A stretch of 64,000 nt of DNA from Glaucostegus cemiculus (taxonomy: Eukaryota). The translations under genes and the position numbers were made by a program. Positions 36,707 to 50,604 of this stretch are shown here, in pieces; positions within the stretch are counted from its first letter, which is position 1, and each line of letters opens with the position of its first letter. The stretch is taken from the NCBI GenBank assembly GCA_976551045.1, contig CDPCPM010000077.1, positions 558,001 to 622,000 of the forward strand, written 5' to 3'. The notes below the pieces were generated by a model. That model did no database searches, was not told where the DNA came from, and saw only the letters and a list, made by a program, of their open reading frames with translations.

Positions 36707-39700
36707 TCAGACAAGCTATGTGCTCTTTCAAGAGCTGTTTGCTGCAAATGTAATAAATTCTGTGAAATATCCACACACCCAGATACACCTTCTGCATGTC
36801 GTCCTCTGTTTCTGCAACTGTCTGTTTTTTTTAACTTAAATGCAGTGCACAGGTGTTAGCTCTGAATACCAGCTTATCTCAGCCTTGCTTTAACTTAATT
36901 ATTTGCTACTGAACATACTCAGCAAGTTTAAAAGACACACATTCAAAATTCTCACTATATCTGTCTGCCAGTTTTAGTATGTCTTTAACCCCAATTTCAC
37001 CAGTCTTTTTCTGCAAGCTCTCTATTAGCTGCTCCCTGTGATGTGCCAATGCTGCAGTATCTGATTTCACTTTTTTCCAGACTCAGGCAACTGTCCTTTC
37101 TTTCAGGGTCTACTCGAAACCAAACACCCAACTTTTGGGATCTTTACACGTGCGTCTCATTCTCCTCTCAGGAGTTGATAACTAACCAGCAAAACCTCAC
37201 CTCTTTTCCAGGAAGAACATTCCAACAGTCACATCAGCATCTAGTAGGGAAAGCTCTCTCATTGTTTAACTTTTAATCCTATCATTCTGGACAATTGGTC
37301 AGCTTTCATGCACCAGCTAATATTCCAGTCCTTCCACCGTGAATCACCAACTACAAGATGTCATCCTTTTCCGAAGACCACAGGTTATCAAGGGAGTTAA
37401 GAAATAGAGCAGTTTATTGTTCCATAAATAAATCGCTGTTGCCGTAACTGCAACTACAAAGAGTATGTATAATATGATCCATAACAGATGGAACTAAGTG
37501 GTTAACAAACATTGAGCCAGTTTAGTCTTGGTAGATGTTTCTTCTCGGGCACCTTCTTAAGATGGCATTAAGCCAAGACTTGCATGGATGGACTTTGTAA
37601 AACTTTCTCTTTGTCTTCAGGCACCTAAACACAAAAAGAGCTTTTCAAGGTCTCTTAATCTGGGGACCCACACTGGAATACTTAATTTTTTGTTTTTGTT
37701 TCTGAAGGTCACCCGTACCAACCCTTAATCAAAACTGCTGTGCTATACCAAGGTTTGCTTCTAGTTCATGTTGGTGTTCCATTGAAGTCTTGTGTAGATA
37801 TTTGCACTGTAGCTGCCAAGACCACAGTGACATAGCACAAACAACATTGTTATCTATTGTGTCTTTGTAATATATAAAAGGGAACTGGCCTCCTCATAAA
37901 CCATGAACTCTCAACAAACCTCTAATGATTTTGCTGGTTTTATGAATAATTAACCCATTTTATCTTAATTGCTCTGATACAATTTTTTCCACCTTAGGGT
38001 GCAGCAGATGGCAGATTCAACTCCTGACATGACAGCAGTAGCTACACTTCAAATATATTTCATTGGCTATGGGGCACTACAGGACAACTGATGTTGTGAA
38101 AGATGCAATAAAATTACAAATTATTTTTTTATTCCATAAATTTATTTGAAAAAAAAAGCAACTTAAAAATACTAAATATTACATTACATTATTGATTTTA
38201 GGGGCATTCTAACACACATTATAAGTTAAAGTGAATGATGAGCAATATTTAACAAATTAATTTTCAAAAGTATGGACAGTGTTTGCACATACATGTTGAG
38301 AAAGTCCAGGAGCAGAAAATAAATGAACATTTGATGTGCCAAAATACTAGAAACTGAAAGTCAGGGCACGGGGCTATCTTGCGACATGACTTCAGCACTT
38401 TAAAAAATAGTATTGGAAGAAGAACTTGAATGCAGAAGTTACAAAAAAATGTTTAATTCAGCAGCCTTTATGAAATTTTAAAAAATTGCAACTTTACATA
38501 GTTAACAAGACCAGCACATTCATTCACATTTAGTTAGATGTGAGAGGAAGGGAGAAACAAGAGTTGAAAGAGAATGAGGTCCCAGTTCAGGGCTAAAAGT
38601 AGGCTGCTGGTCATCTGATGCAGAGGTCAATTCCTCCTTCAGGCTTCTTCCTGGCAGAACAGTTTCTCCAAAAATGGAGGACTCAGCAGCACCAGGCTTG
38701 TACATTCCTGTCAGCTCTCACAGGGCTGTGATATTTAAATGCCAGCTTTCCCTCAACCCAGGCGTCCATGGCTGATTAAAGTGCAAGGCCAGCCCATCGA
38801 GATGGATGTAGGGAGAGGAGATTTAAAAGCAGCAGCTGGAGCCGAGGCTGAAGCAGGGCGGGCAATCTGCCATTTACATATCAGTATCGGAGGAGTAGAA
38901 TAACAGCTGATTGGACTACGGTGTTGGAAATGCAGAACAGAGAGAACATGCATGAATGCCAGATGACATGAGGGTGAGAATCATTGCTGGATAGAAATAT
39001 TGTACTGTGAGCTTGATTACAACAGCACCAACAACAACTTTCAATTGATTTGCCACAATAATGCTGAAAGCTGATTGCAGGTGCTTTCACAGACTTTATT
39101 AGGAATGTCTAAAAAATTGGTCCAAGGTGTGGAGTTTAAGGAGGCAGTGAAAGGGAGGTAAAGGAATGAGAGAGGAGGTAGAGGGGTCTCATGGGCAGAA
39201 GGCACTGAATGGTTGACTGAACAAGGAGTGGTACACAGCAGATCATACAGTGTCATTGATTTGGCACCTAGTGTTATGAATGGGCAGGAAGGATACAGGA
39301 ATGAGCACTCCACTTCTGGTGCTCAATTAGACACCATATGCCAGAGATAGATATTCAGGACAACATCTGGAGTGATCAGTCCTGTCTGTTCTCACCCAAT
39401 AAAGGATATAGAAATTCCTCTTGCAAAGTACCAATACACCTGCTCCATCTAGTCCTGTGCAAAAATTTCATTGCTGACTTCCACACTAGACTCCCTAAGA
39501 TGGACTTTTAGTGACTGTCTAAGCAAGTCTTCTTCCTTCAATTAAGCCTTGCCTTCTTGATCATGCTTTTTCCCAGTCAACTATTCACACTCTAACATTG
39601 CGACAGTGACATCAAACTTGTGTTGTGTTTTGATTACGTTATGTACTCCAAGTCTGAATCTTCCTTGCATTGGTTTGTATGCAAATGAAAACATAAGTTT

Positions 39701-39969
39701 CAATTTTCCATTATGTGAAAACGCAATGAATTTTATGCTTTACTTCAATGGTATAGAGCATAAAAATGTATAGGATAGTGTTTCTAAGCTTTTAATTTAA
39801 ACTCCAATATATTAGTAGGCTTTACTAATTAAGTGTGTACATTATTGAAGCAAATCCACTGTTGGAGACTTCCAGATGGTCAATTCAGTTAGCACAAAAT
39901 CTCACAGCATAACACAAGAGAAATACTTACCACAATCCAAGAAAGTGTCCCATCTGTATCTTATTGACA

Positions 39970-40285
39970 TTTTAATATAGATGGCACAGGGAGCTTCTTT
40001 CCCCCGTGAGGAAGGACAAAATCAATATAAGATAGTCAAGAAGAAGTTTAATTCAAATGAAACATCCTTGCCTACAGAGTGAATGTGGAACTTGCCACCA
40101 CAGAGGGTAGTTGAATAAATAGAACAGATGCATTTAAGAGAAGTTAGATAACCACATGAGGGAATAGAAGATTATGAGAGTCAGATGAGGAAGGATGACA
40201 GAGACTTCAGTGGCCCATAAGTGGACAGGTTGAGCTGAATAATTTGTTTCCAAAGTGCTTATTCCAGGCAATCTTTATGATTCTA
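39970..40285 (+). mobile_element. Old CR1 3' fragment
   Basis: GAATGTGGAACTTGCCACCACAGAGGGTAGTTGA...GCATTTAAGAGAAGTTAGATAA. Confidence 0.6.
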
Positions 40286-40809
40286 CATTTAAAAAAATGG
40301 GAAGTGGATCATTCTTTCCAGTAAGAGCTAGCCTACAAATGCAAGGAAACAATAACAGCATCAGAATATTCCCTAAAGCTCTCAAATGGCATGAAGCAAG
40401 TTCTGGAATGTCCCAATCAACAGAGAGGGCAGACTGTAGTCAAACTGCTCATCTGACTATGCCTAGATTCCTTAAGCACTCAGGCAGTTCAGGGGTGGTT
40501 TTAACTGAATCTAAAATGAATTAAGTCTAATGACAATCTTCTGCTTCTCCCAAAGGAGAACAGAGAAGAAAACTCTGGACATCTAATGAGATTTTTATAA
40601 GTTTTCACTCCAAATTTAGATACACTTCACTAATTCATTAAATCTGTTTGAAATTCTCCCTCATATGCTGGCATGCTGATGTTAATCTACTTATTACTTT
40701 GAATTACTTTACTCTGTTTCCTTGTCTTTAAACCTGATTATGAGGATTATATTTAAGATATTAACTGACACTTCAGAATACTGAATCATCATTAAAGGTT
40801 ATCACCACA

Positions 40810-40951
40810 AATTTTCTTGAGGTGGGCGGAGGGGGTTCTCCCAATCAACCACTAGGACTTCAGAGGAAGACCAGGGGAAACCCCATTGGTGATGATTTTA
40901 GGATTTCCTCCAAAATTACATCAGCAAGTCTACGGGTGCCTCAAGAAAATT
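40810..40951. mobile_element. Candidate small MITE
   Basis: 13-bp inverted ends AATTTTCTTGAGG (40810-40822) / CCTCAAGAAAATT (40939-40951); no clear TSD. Confidence 0.4.
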
Positions 40952-42134
40952 CCTGGCTACATGTTGCTTTGAGTCAGTTGAATTGACTGAAGTTCTGATT
41001 GTGTATCTAAACCAACTTATTTCCAATTTGTACCCAAAGAGCAGGTTTATTCAGCAATGTTCTGCCTCTCCTCGATAACCAGTGTCATTGTTGCCTTTTT
41101 CAGGAACTAGCTACGTAATTTCAGATGAAGGAAAAGCATTTGAAAGGATAGAGGAAACACTCTAAAAAGCTCCACAAATCATCTATCAAGTCCTTCAGTG
41201 GTATTTTAGGTACATTATGTGCAAAAACTATGCCTTTCAGTGCATGCAAGTAATGAAAAGGCTCTTCTAAAACTAACATGCTGGGATGGAAGGACACAAT
41301 TCAGAAACATTCTTGTCAAGAAGCAAAGAAATAGAAAAATTAGTTTTGTGAAATATATTCCTTACATATTTATGTGAAGGGAAACAAATGCTTAAAAATA
41401 TCATCAGAAGATGATGAGATTCACAGTTGGAAATTGATTCAGGAAGCAACACAGAGTTCCAACCACTACTAAATTGAAAGAGAAAATTAGGGTTAACTGT
41501 AGAATCTAGCATGCCCTTGTTCATCTGCACCATGGAACCATACCAGAGTGCTGGAGGAAATGATCTGAGTTTGTGGCTCAAATTGCAATAACTTTTTTTT
41601 AGTAGCAGCACAAATCTAAACATCATCAAAAGCTATTAATGGATATAGCAGGACAGATAAACACTGTCTATCAGGTTTTGGCAAAGTGACTAAATTATTA
41701 TTCAGCATGAGTCCATACTCCTCTTGATATGCTATTCTTCCACATGCTACTTATGGACAAGCATTATTAGTAGTAATATCATCTTGGTCATGTTAGTGAA
41801 GTTCAAAATTGATAGGGGTTCGGAGGCAGATAGGTACCCATGGTGATTAAAAAGATGTAATTGACTTTGAGTGAGCTTCTTGCCTGCATCCTTTGCGTTT
41901 GTCAAGGATAATCCCTTTGGGCTGAAACCTGGCTCATGTGGTTTCTACATTTGAAAATCAGAGCTAGGGAACCACAGACCATTCTGGCTGACTTCAATTA
42001 TTGGCAAAATACGAGAAGTTATTGTAAGAGATGCCTTTATGGTCACTGGGCAATAGAAGAGGATATTTGAAATCCATAGCACAGCTTCTGAAAAAGGAAG
42101 TTCAAGGTTAACAAATTTGATTAATATGAGGAGT

Positions 42135-42520
42135 GAACTTATTCAAACATATAAGATCCTAAGAGTGCTTGATAGGATAGGCATTGAGATGTTTTCACTC
42201 ATGGGAAAGTCATGAACAAGGGGATATAGTTACAAAATAAGGGGCTGATCATTTAAAACTGAGGTGCGTAGAAATTTCTTCTCTCAGAGGTTAGTGAGTC
42301 TCTGGAATTCTCTGCCCCTGAGGTTGGTGAAGGCCAGATCATTAGAGATATTCAAGGTGCAGCTGGATAAATATTTCAAAGATTGAGTACTTGAGGGCTA
42401 TGGGGAACTGGCACAGGATAGGAGTTGAGGCCGGCATAGATCAGCCATGATCATACTGAATAGCAGAGCAGGCTTGAGACCCTGGTGGCCTACTCCGGTT
42501 CCTATTTTCTTATTTCCTTG
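42135..42520 (+). mobile_element. CR1 3' end
   Basis: AGAAATTTCTTCTCTCAGAGG...CTGGAATTCTCTGCCC and 3' UTR GATCAGCCATGATC...GGCCTACTCC. Confidence 0.85.
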
Positions 42521-42529
42521 TATACTTTT

Positions 42530-43435
42530 TAATTTATTATTTTTTCTGCAATCTGGACATAGTTGCCACAGCAGGCTTTTCTTGCTTGTATTCAATTACC
42601 CTTGAGAAGATGATAGTGAGCTTCCTTCTTCAACTAGTACAATTGTTCTTGGGAAGGGAGTTCCAGGATTTTGGCCCAGTGATGACGAAGGACCAGCAAC
42701 AGATTCCAGATCAGGACGGTGTGCAACTTGGAGGGAAGCCTGCAGTAGTGATGTTCCCATGCACCTACTGCCCTTGCTCTTCTGAGCAGTAGAGGTTGTG
42801 TGTTTGAGGGGTACTGTGAGGGTGTCCTCGTCAACTGCGGTGCATCTTGTAGATGATTCATGTTGCAGTGGCATAGTGGAAGGAATGATGCTTAGGTTGA
42901 TTGATGAGGTACCAATAAAGTGGATGGATTTGCCCTGGATGGCATTGATCGTTTTGGGAGTATCAGAGCTGGACTCATCCAGGCAAGTTGAGAAGATTCC
43001 ATCATGCTTCTGATGGAACAGGTGGAACTGAGTCCTGGTGACATCTAGAATTGAGACACTAAGCATTTGCCTTGCTTTTGTAGCCATGTTATTTAAGTGG
43101 CTCATCCAGTTGAGCTTCTGTTCAATGGTGACCCCCACCTACCCCCCACGTTGGAAGTTGGCAATGGCAGTGCCATTGAATGTCATAGATGGATTCTTTG
43201 ACTCCCTCTTCTTGGAGATGATAATTGTATGGCATTGTAGTGATACAAATGTAACCTGCTGCTTATTAGATCAATCACCTAGGTTTGGGTGCATTCAGAC
43301 ATAGATGGCTTCATTTGCTGAGGATTTGAAAATAAAGTGAGTATCTCCACTTCTGACCTTATGATGGAAGGATGGTAAATCGGGAAGAACCTGAAGATGG
43401 TTGGACCCAGGACACTGCCCTGAGAAACTTCTGCA
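42530..43435 (-). mobile_element. CR1/L2-group LINE 3' portion (second family, probable SINE partner)
   Basis: ORF 42596-43138 begins GVTIEQKLNWMSHLNNMATKARQ, a post-RT LGVxxDxKLxWxxH motif; frameshifted downstream. Confidence 0.7.
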
Positions 43436-43789
43436 ATATCACTACAGTAGTGGATGATGGGAATTCAGTGGGTATTATCTAGCTGGACCTTCAGAAAGTG
43501 TTTGCTAAGATACCTCACACTAAATTATTTCACAGCATGAAGTTCTGAGGTAACTGGGCAAATCTGAAATGTTGAATTAGGAATTCACTATAATCTGGTT
43601 GCATGAAATTTGCTGGGATTCAGTTTGGAGGAGTGCTGCAAGTGGCATTGTGTGTTTTTCACAGTCTTTATTAATGATGTAAACAACAGCATTAGGAAAA
43701 TGGAAAGTAAGTTTGCAGATGGCTCTGGGTTCTGTACAACAGTCAAAATGGTGGAGAAGTCCAATCAAATGCAAGGCTAGTTAAAGAAC

Positions 43790-44420
43790 AGACAAAATGC
43801 TGGAGGAACTCAGCAGGTCAGGCAGCATCTGTGAAGAGAAGTGGACAGTTAACGTTTTGGGTCGAGACGCTTCATTAGGACTGGAAAGTAAGAAAGAGAT
43901 AGCTAGTACAAAAAGGTGGGGGGAAGGAGTGGAGCATGAGCTGGCAGGTAATAGGTTGGTCCAGGTGAGAGGGGAATGAAAGGCAGGTGAGGGAGGGGGG
44001 GAGTGAGAATGATGTAAGAAGCTGGGAGGTAATAGGTGGAAGTGACAAAGGGCTGAAGGGGATGGAATCTGATAGGAGAGAACAGTGGACCATGGAATAA
44101 AGCGAAAGAGGTGAGTACGGAAACCGGATTGAGGAATGTGTGGGTGAGAGGCAGATCAAGAGGATGGGGCAGGAGAAAGGGAAGGGGAGTTGGGGCCAGT
44201 GGGATAGGAAAAACAAAGGGGGGGAAGAGGGCAGTGGTTCCTGGAAATTAGAGAAATCAATGTTCATGCCATCAGATTGGAGACTACCAAGGCGGAATAC
44301 GAGGTGATGTTCCTCTAATCTGCATATAGCCTCAATTTAGCAATAGAGGAGTCCCTGGATAAATATGTCAGTTTGGGAAAGGGAAGTGAAATTAAAATGG
44401 CTGGCCACCAGGAGATCTGG
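43790..44420 (-). mobile_element. Penelope-like element 3' part with GIY-YIG C-terminal remnant
   Basis: Minus 44420-44240 translates PDLLVASHFNFTSLSQTDIFIQGLLYC*IEAICRLEEHHLVFRLGSLQSDGMNIDFSNF, then a pyrimidine-rich tract and the terminal arm. Confidence 0.85.
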
Positions 44421-44897
44421 GCTGTACAGCAAGGATATTTAAGTATGCTAGGAATTTGGGCCAAATTGGCAAATTAAATTTAATGTGTGGTATCATGCAG
44501 ATTCTTAAGACCAGCACACAATCCTGCGCTTGAGGTCAGTCCCTGTGCTCTCTCTGCAGCTGCAGTAACTTTTTGTATCTGTAAGCATCTAAACAAGTTC
44601 AGGGCCTCACTGCTGCAGTCATCCCATAAAGTGGAATTATCCATTGCCAGCAACTAGGCCTCAGGTGGTGGAAAGTGAGGCCTTAGTCCCAAAGTGCCAA
44701 TAGCACTTTGTGCTCTTAAAGTCCTTTTCAACTTCAAATGTCTCTTAAATTCAAACAGATCAAATAAACAAAGTGTTGAAAATATTAATTAAAAAGATAA
44801 ATTTCATGCAAATTAATTAATATTAATTAAAATAGAGAAAAACACAGACCACTTACCATCACTTATCTTTTCATATACAGGTCAGCAACCTCATTTA

Positions 44898-45834
44898 CAA
44901 GATCACAAGATCACAAGATAATGGAGCAGAAGCAGGCCAGTCGGCCCATCGAGTCTGCTCCAAAGGGAAGGGAGGGTGGGGAAATAAAGAGGTTAAGGAA
45001 GAAAAAAAAACAACCTACTATTCTAAGTCCAAATCCCTGCCTTATCTCCATATCCCTTGATACCTTGACCAATTAGATATCTATCTATTTCCTTCTTGAA
45101 TATCCCCAATGATCTGGTTTCCACTGCTTTCTGTGGTAACGAGTTCCACAGGTTCACCACCCTCTGGCTAAAGAAATTCCTCCTTATCTCTGTTTTGAAC
45201 CTGCTTCTTCTAATTCTAAGTTTGTGTCCTCTAGTCCTGGATTCCCCCACCAAGGGAAACAGCTTGACCACATTCACTTGGTCCATTCCTTTCAACATCT
45301 TGTACATTTCTATTAGGTCCCCTCTCATTCTTCTGTACTCCAACGAGTACAGTCCAAGTGACGACAGTCGCTCATCATATGTAAACTTTTTCATCCCAGG
45401 AATCATCCTAGTAAATCTCCTCTGAACCTTCTCCAACATCAGCACCTTCTTCCTAAGGTATGGGGCCCAAAACTGCACACAGTTCTCCAAGTGAGGCCTC
45501 ACCAGTGCCCCGTATAGCCTCATCAACACTTCCTTGCTTTTATATACTATACCCCTCGAAATAAATGCCAACATAGCATTCGCTTTCCTTACTGCCGATC
45601 CAACCTGGCGGTTAACCTTTAGGTTATCCTGTACGAGCACCCCTAAGTCCCTTTGTACTTCTGTGCTTCCAATTTTACCTCCTTCTAGATAATAGTCTGC
45701 CCTTCCATTTCTACTTCCGAAGTGTACAACTGCACATTTTTCCACGTTGAACCTCATCTGCCATTTCTTCGCCCATTCTCCTAGAATATCCAAGTCTCTC
45801 TGTAACTTTCCTGTCTCCTCAATACTCTCCACTC
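44898..45834 (-). mobile_element. Young 5'-truncated CR1 (distinct family, GATCTTGT tail)
   Basis: Uninterrupted 269-aa frame 45023-45832; (ACAAGATC)n tail; TSD CATTTA at 44892-44897 and 45835-45840. Confidence 0.95.
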
Positions 45835-47449
45835 CATTTAGATGAACTAAGCGGTGCTACAAATGCCCCAGTCAAGAGAGGCAAAAATTGAAGTGTATCT
45901 GGCATCTTGAGTCACGGCAATCCAGTTGTGAATCCAGATGTGAAGTGAGAATTCAGAAGTACTAACTCGTTCCTTAGCTTCCACATCCAGCCATTCTGCA
46001 CAGAGCTGCCAGTAAGCCATGATACGATCCAATCCAATACCCTGCAGGTAACCATGCTGATTAAGGTTAAGATAATGTTTTTAATGTTACTGAACAAACA
46101 TCATTGGAAGTTTGTGACCAGTGTAGGGAATGCATAGCTAAAGTGCATTGGATTAAGCACATTGGACTATTAATTCAACCAAAGGATATTGGTTGAATTA
46201 ATTGAATATCTCACTAGGTTTATATTTTAACATTGCCCTGGTCTAGTTTATTTTGCCCAGCTTTAGCCTCCCCAACTTAATAATATAGCAGCCCTGGGAA
46301 AGGCCCAGAGGAGAGAGGAAACATTAATCTCTGTTTTAAAGAATCTCAGTTTTAAAAAGCCTCAAGGAGCTTGGTTGGCTCTACAAAATAAATAAAAGGC
46401 TAGATAACATCCTGGTTACTAGATTAACAGACTTTAACTAGAACATAATTTTAAGCAATATAAGGTTAGGAATGAGCGAGATATTATTAGCCAGTTCTTA
46501 ATTTCCCAGAGAATTGTGAATCCTTGTACCATTTTGCCAGCTGGCTGTGTACATGCTGTTAAAAGAGATTTGGACTAGTTCCTGATTATGCCTGAGATTG
46601 CATAATAGAGAAGTTAAGTTTCTTTCTGGAGAACACTTGACCCATGTGATCTCCTGGACGGATTTCAATTTTCTGATGTATTGGAGATAAATTTTGCAGA
46701 GTAATATTTCCCTCATCAGCCCCAGAATTTTTTTGTCTGTTCTCCTGTCTTCAGCAGAAAGAAACCTGACTACAAGTTTGGGTATGAGGTGGGGATGGAA
46801 TGGGAAGACTGAGAACAGAATAATGTTGCAAGAAGATTTAGGATGCACTTGATTGAACACCTGGCATGTTTCTGCAGTCTTCATGCAACATCATGTTAAA
46901 ATAAGGGATAAGGCAATTTCTTTAACAACTAAAGTGATTGTTTCATTCCTGTAAGTATGTGAAAGACTGAAGAGGAAAGCAAATAAATTTTGTTGATTGT
47001 GCATTTTCTTAACAGGCATCTGTTTGTTTATTGTGCGAAAAAAATTAACCTTAAGCACTTTTAGACCTTACTATGAATACATTTTTTTTAATCTGAAAAG
47101 AAAAAGAAAAGCAAAGTGACATTTGGTTTCAAAGCAGATGACTCAAACCATCCCACGTTTTAAAAAAAACACTTCAACAACTATTATGTTCAGGTTGAAA
47201 TGATGCCCTCAACTTGCTGGTGAATCCCTGTAGTAGGTTTTGTAATCCTTACAATTTGTATAGTGCAACTCAGCATTTAGTCACTTAATGCATGCCCTAG
47301 GGGCAATAACCATGGAACCTTCTGAATACAGTCATTCAGAACATCTTCCCAAGCAAGTTTTTCTAGTCTATCAAAAGACGGGCCATGAAACATTGTAATA
47401 CAATTAAGTCAAGTGCAAACTAAGAAAGTGGTTTCTTTCAAGCAACAGG

Positions 47450-48310
47450 AAAGGCAGCATAGTGATTAACCTGCTGAACAAGTAATCCAGAATCAGGAGT
47501 TTAAACTCCACTATGGCACCTGCTGAATTTAAATTCAGAAAATTAAATTCAAGATTCAAGATTCAAGATTGCTTTATTGTCATTGAGCCGTTGAGACAAC
47601 AGAACAATGAGATTTCATTGGCACTCCCATGTCAGACAATAGGCACAATACCTAAATATTAAATAAATAGAGAATAAATTAAGTTAGAGTTTACACTGTA
47701 GGGTTTTCTTGATGTATTAGCGGGAGAGAGAGAAGAAGCGAGAAAGAACTAGTGCAATCTGTGAAATTTAAAGTCCTTGTTTAAGATTCTCACAGCATTG
47801 GGAAATCAGTATCAGTAATGGGGACCAGGACACAACTGATGCAGGGTTTCAACCTGAACCGTCGACAATTCCTTTCCTCCCATAGATCCATTTCGATCTG
47901 CTGAGTTCTTCCAGAAGATTGTTTGTTGCTCCATATTCCAGCATCTGCAGTCTCTTATGTCTCTAAGACACTACTGGATTGCTGTTAAAACCCAATAGGT
48001 CCATTGATGTTCTTCAGGGAAGAACACCTACGGCTCTTCCCTAGTCTAATCTTTGCAGAAATAAAGACTCACTTCAATATAATTTAATTACTCTAAACTG
48101 CCTCTAATAACCAAATAACTACAGTTAAAAATAATCTAATAATCTAGTAACTATAATTAATAAATAATCTAATACCTACGATCCAATAAGCCACTGAGTC
48201 AAACTGTTATATCAACAAGGTGACTAGCCATCATTTACTCAGTGGTAACTAGGAATGGGCAGTAAACAGTGGCCTTTCCAGTAATGCCTTTGAAATCTGA
48301 CTGAAAAAGA
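47450..48310 (+). mobile_element. Old SINE with nested inserts (LINE-like 3' end ~47545-47800, PLE arm ~47836-47965)
   Basis: Same head, body and tail as 23455-24320; (AAGATTC)n + TTTATTGTCA antisense tail; PLE arm ending GCATCTGCAGTCTCTTATGTCT. Confidence 0.6.
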
Positions 48311-48429
48311 AAGATGTAAAATACTGAACCTAGTAATTTTTGATCAAATTTTATCTCTTTTGCTTCTTGCAACAAGGTAAATTACATAGTAAGATAATAT
48401 GGAAAGTCTGCTTCACAGACTTCTGATTT

Positions 48430-49156
48430 AGAACATAGAACATAGAACAATACAGCACAGAACAGGCCCTTCGGCCCATCAAGCTGTGCCATCCTACAAA
48501 CATCTCCCAAACTAACTCTTTCCACCCTCATATCCTACTATTCCACATTCTTCCATGTGCTTATCTAACAATCTCTTAAACCTGTCCAATGTATCTGCCT
48601 CCACTACCACCCCAGGCAGTGCATTCCATGCACCAACCACTCTCTTGGTGAAAAACTTCCCTCTGACATCTCCCCTATACTTTCCACCAACTATCTTAAA
48701 GGCATGCCCTCTCGTCTTGAGCATCTGCACTCTGGGAAAGAGGCGCTGACTATTAACTCTATCTATTCCTCTCAATATCTTAAACACCTCTATCAAGTCC
48801 CCTCTCATCCTCCTCCTCTCTTATGAGTAGAGCCCTAGCACCTTAAGCCTCTCTTTATATTCCAATCCAGGCATCATCCTGGTAAATCGCCTCTGCACCC
48901 TCTCCAACGCCTCCACATCCTTCCTATAATGCGGCGACCAGAAATGAACACAAGATTCCAAGTGCGGCCTAACTAGAGTTTTGTAAAGCAGCATCATCAC
49001 CTCTCTGCTCTTGAACTCAATCCCTTTATTTATAAAAGCCAACATCCCATAAGCCTTCTTAACAGCCCTATCCACCTGTGAGGCAACTTTGAGTGAACTG
49101 TGGATATGAAGCCCCCAGATCCCTCTGCTCCTCTACACTGCCAAGAACCTTGCCAT
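48430..49156 (-). mobile_element. Young CR1 3' fragment (family of 52113-54703)
   Basis: ORFs 48821-49075 and 48512-48808; AGAACAT tail repeats. Confidence 0.95.
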
Positions 49157-50017
49157 TTCTGAATTAATTGCCATTAACCTTGGGAAGAAAATGTTCTGCA
49201 CTTTTCAAACTTGCTTATCCTTCCCTTCTTCCCCAGCCCAAGAATATATGGTTTACCTGCCCCCTTTTGCCTCCCTCAGCTCCATGCTTACTGCATTGCC
49301 ACCTAAAGCCAGTATTTTGAATCAGAAAGCTTCACCCATGGAAACAACATGGGCCTTTTAATTAGACTCTTCTCTGCTCAACGATGAAAGGCTGTTCTTC
49401 CTTTGCCAATACAGATAATAACCCCCCATTGCCTCCAAGTAATTGGGCATGCAAGAAATACATGTTAATAAACTTTGGTACTGATTTTAGCTACTGACAG
49501 TGAGAAAAAAAAGAATGATAGTGATCTAGTGTTTTCCTGAGGTCTTCTGTTTCAATTTTCCCTTATTCATTCAAAGGAATGTGGGCAGCCTTGGCACAGT
49601 TAACATTTGTTGCCTGTTCCTAAATGCCCCTTGAATTGACTGGTTTGCTGGGCTACTTAAGAGTCAACCACATTGCTAGGTTTGGAGTCATATATAGAAT
49701 AAACTAGGTCGAAACAGCATATTTCCTTCCCTTAAAGAAATGAGTAAACCTGATGGAATTTTTATGACAGTCCAGTAATTTCATAGTTGCTGTAATACAT
49801 TCACAATTTTTTAATAAATTCCAGAGTTATAGCATGGCTGAAACTCAAATATTTTAATACTTACTATTTCCATTCTCACGTCTGCTCAGTCACATTCTCT
49901 TCAGATTTATGACCTTCTACAAATGATGCAAGCATGCTACATATGAACATAGAACATGCAAGTTAAGAGCAGAAGTAGACCACACTGCTCCTTGAGCCTG
50001 CTACACCATTGATTAAG

Positions 50018-50500
50018 CTGGGAGGGTGCAGAAACAACTCACAAAGATGTTGCCAGGATTTGAGAGCTGGAGTTATAAGGAAAAACTGGATAGGTTGAGA
50101 CTATTTTCCCTGAAGTGAAGGAGCCTAAGAGGTGACCTTACAGAGGTTTATAAAATCATAAAGGGCATAGATAGGGTTGATAGTCACAGTCTTTTTCCCA
50201 GAGAGTGGAGTCTAAAGCTAAAGGTTTAAGGTGAGATGGGAAAGCTTTAAAGGGAACCTCAGGGCAAGGTTTTCACATAGAGGGTGGAGGGTATATGGAA
50301 CAAGCTGCTGAAGCATGTGGTAGAGGCAGGTACAATTACAATGTTTAAAAGATATTTGGACAGGTATATGGATAGGAAATTTTAGAGGGATATGGACAAA
50401 ACTCAGGCAAATGGGACAAGTTTAGGTAGGTACCTTGGTCAGTATGGACAAGTTGGGCCAAATGGCTTGTTTCCAAGCTCTATAACTCTATGACTCTATG
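50018..50500 (+). mobile_element. CR1 3' fragment
   Basis: CTGGAGGGTGCAG...AGAGGTGACCTTACAGAGGTTTATAAAATC; ATGACTCT tail. Confidence 0.85.
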
Positions 50501-50604
50501 AATAAGATCATGGATAATCTAATAATCTCAACTCTGCATTCCCACCTACCCCAGCAGTAGAATTCGCACTATAATCTTACTCTTGTTCCTTCCACTTTTC
50601 AGGT

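Noticed and set aside
46498-46884. 128-aa minus-strand ORF
   Set aside because: Ending (GTRIHNSLGN) looks like a heavily decayed LINE C-terminus; no evidence for a cellular gene
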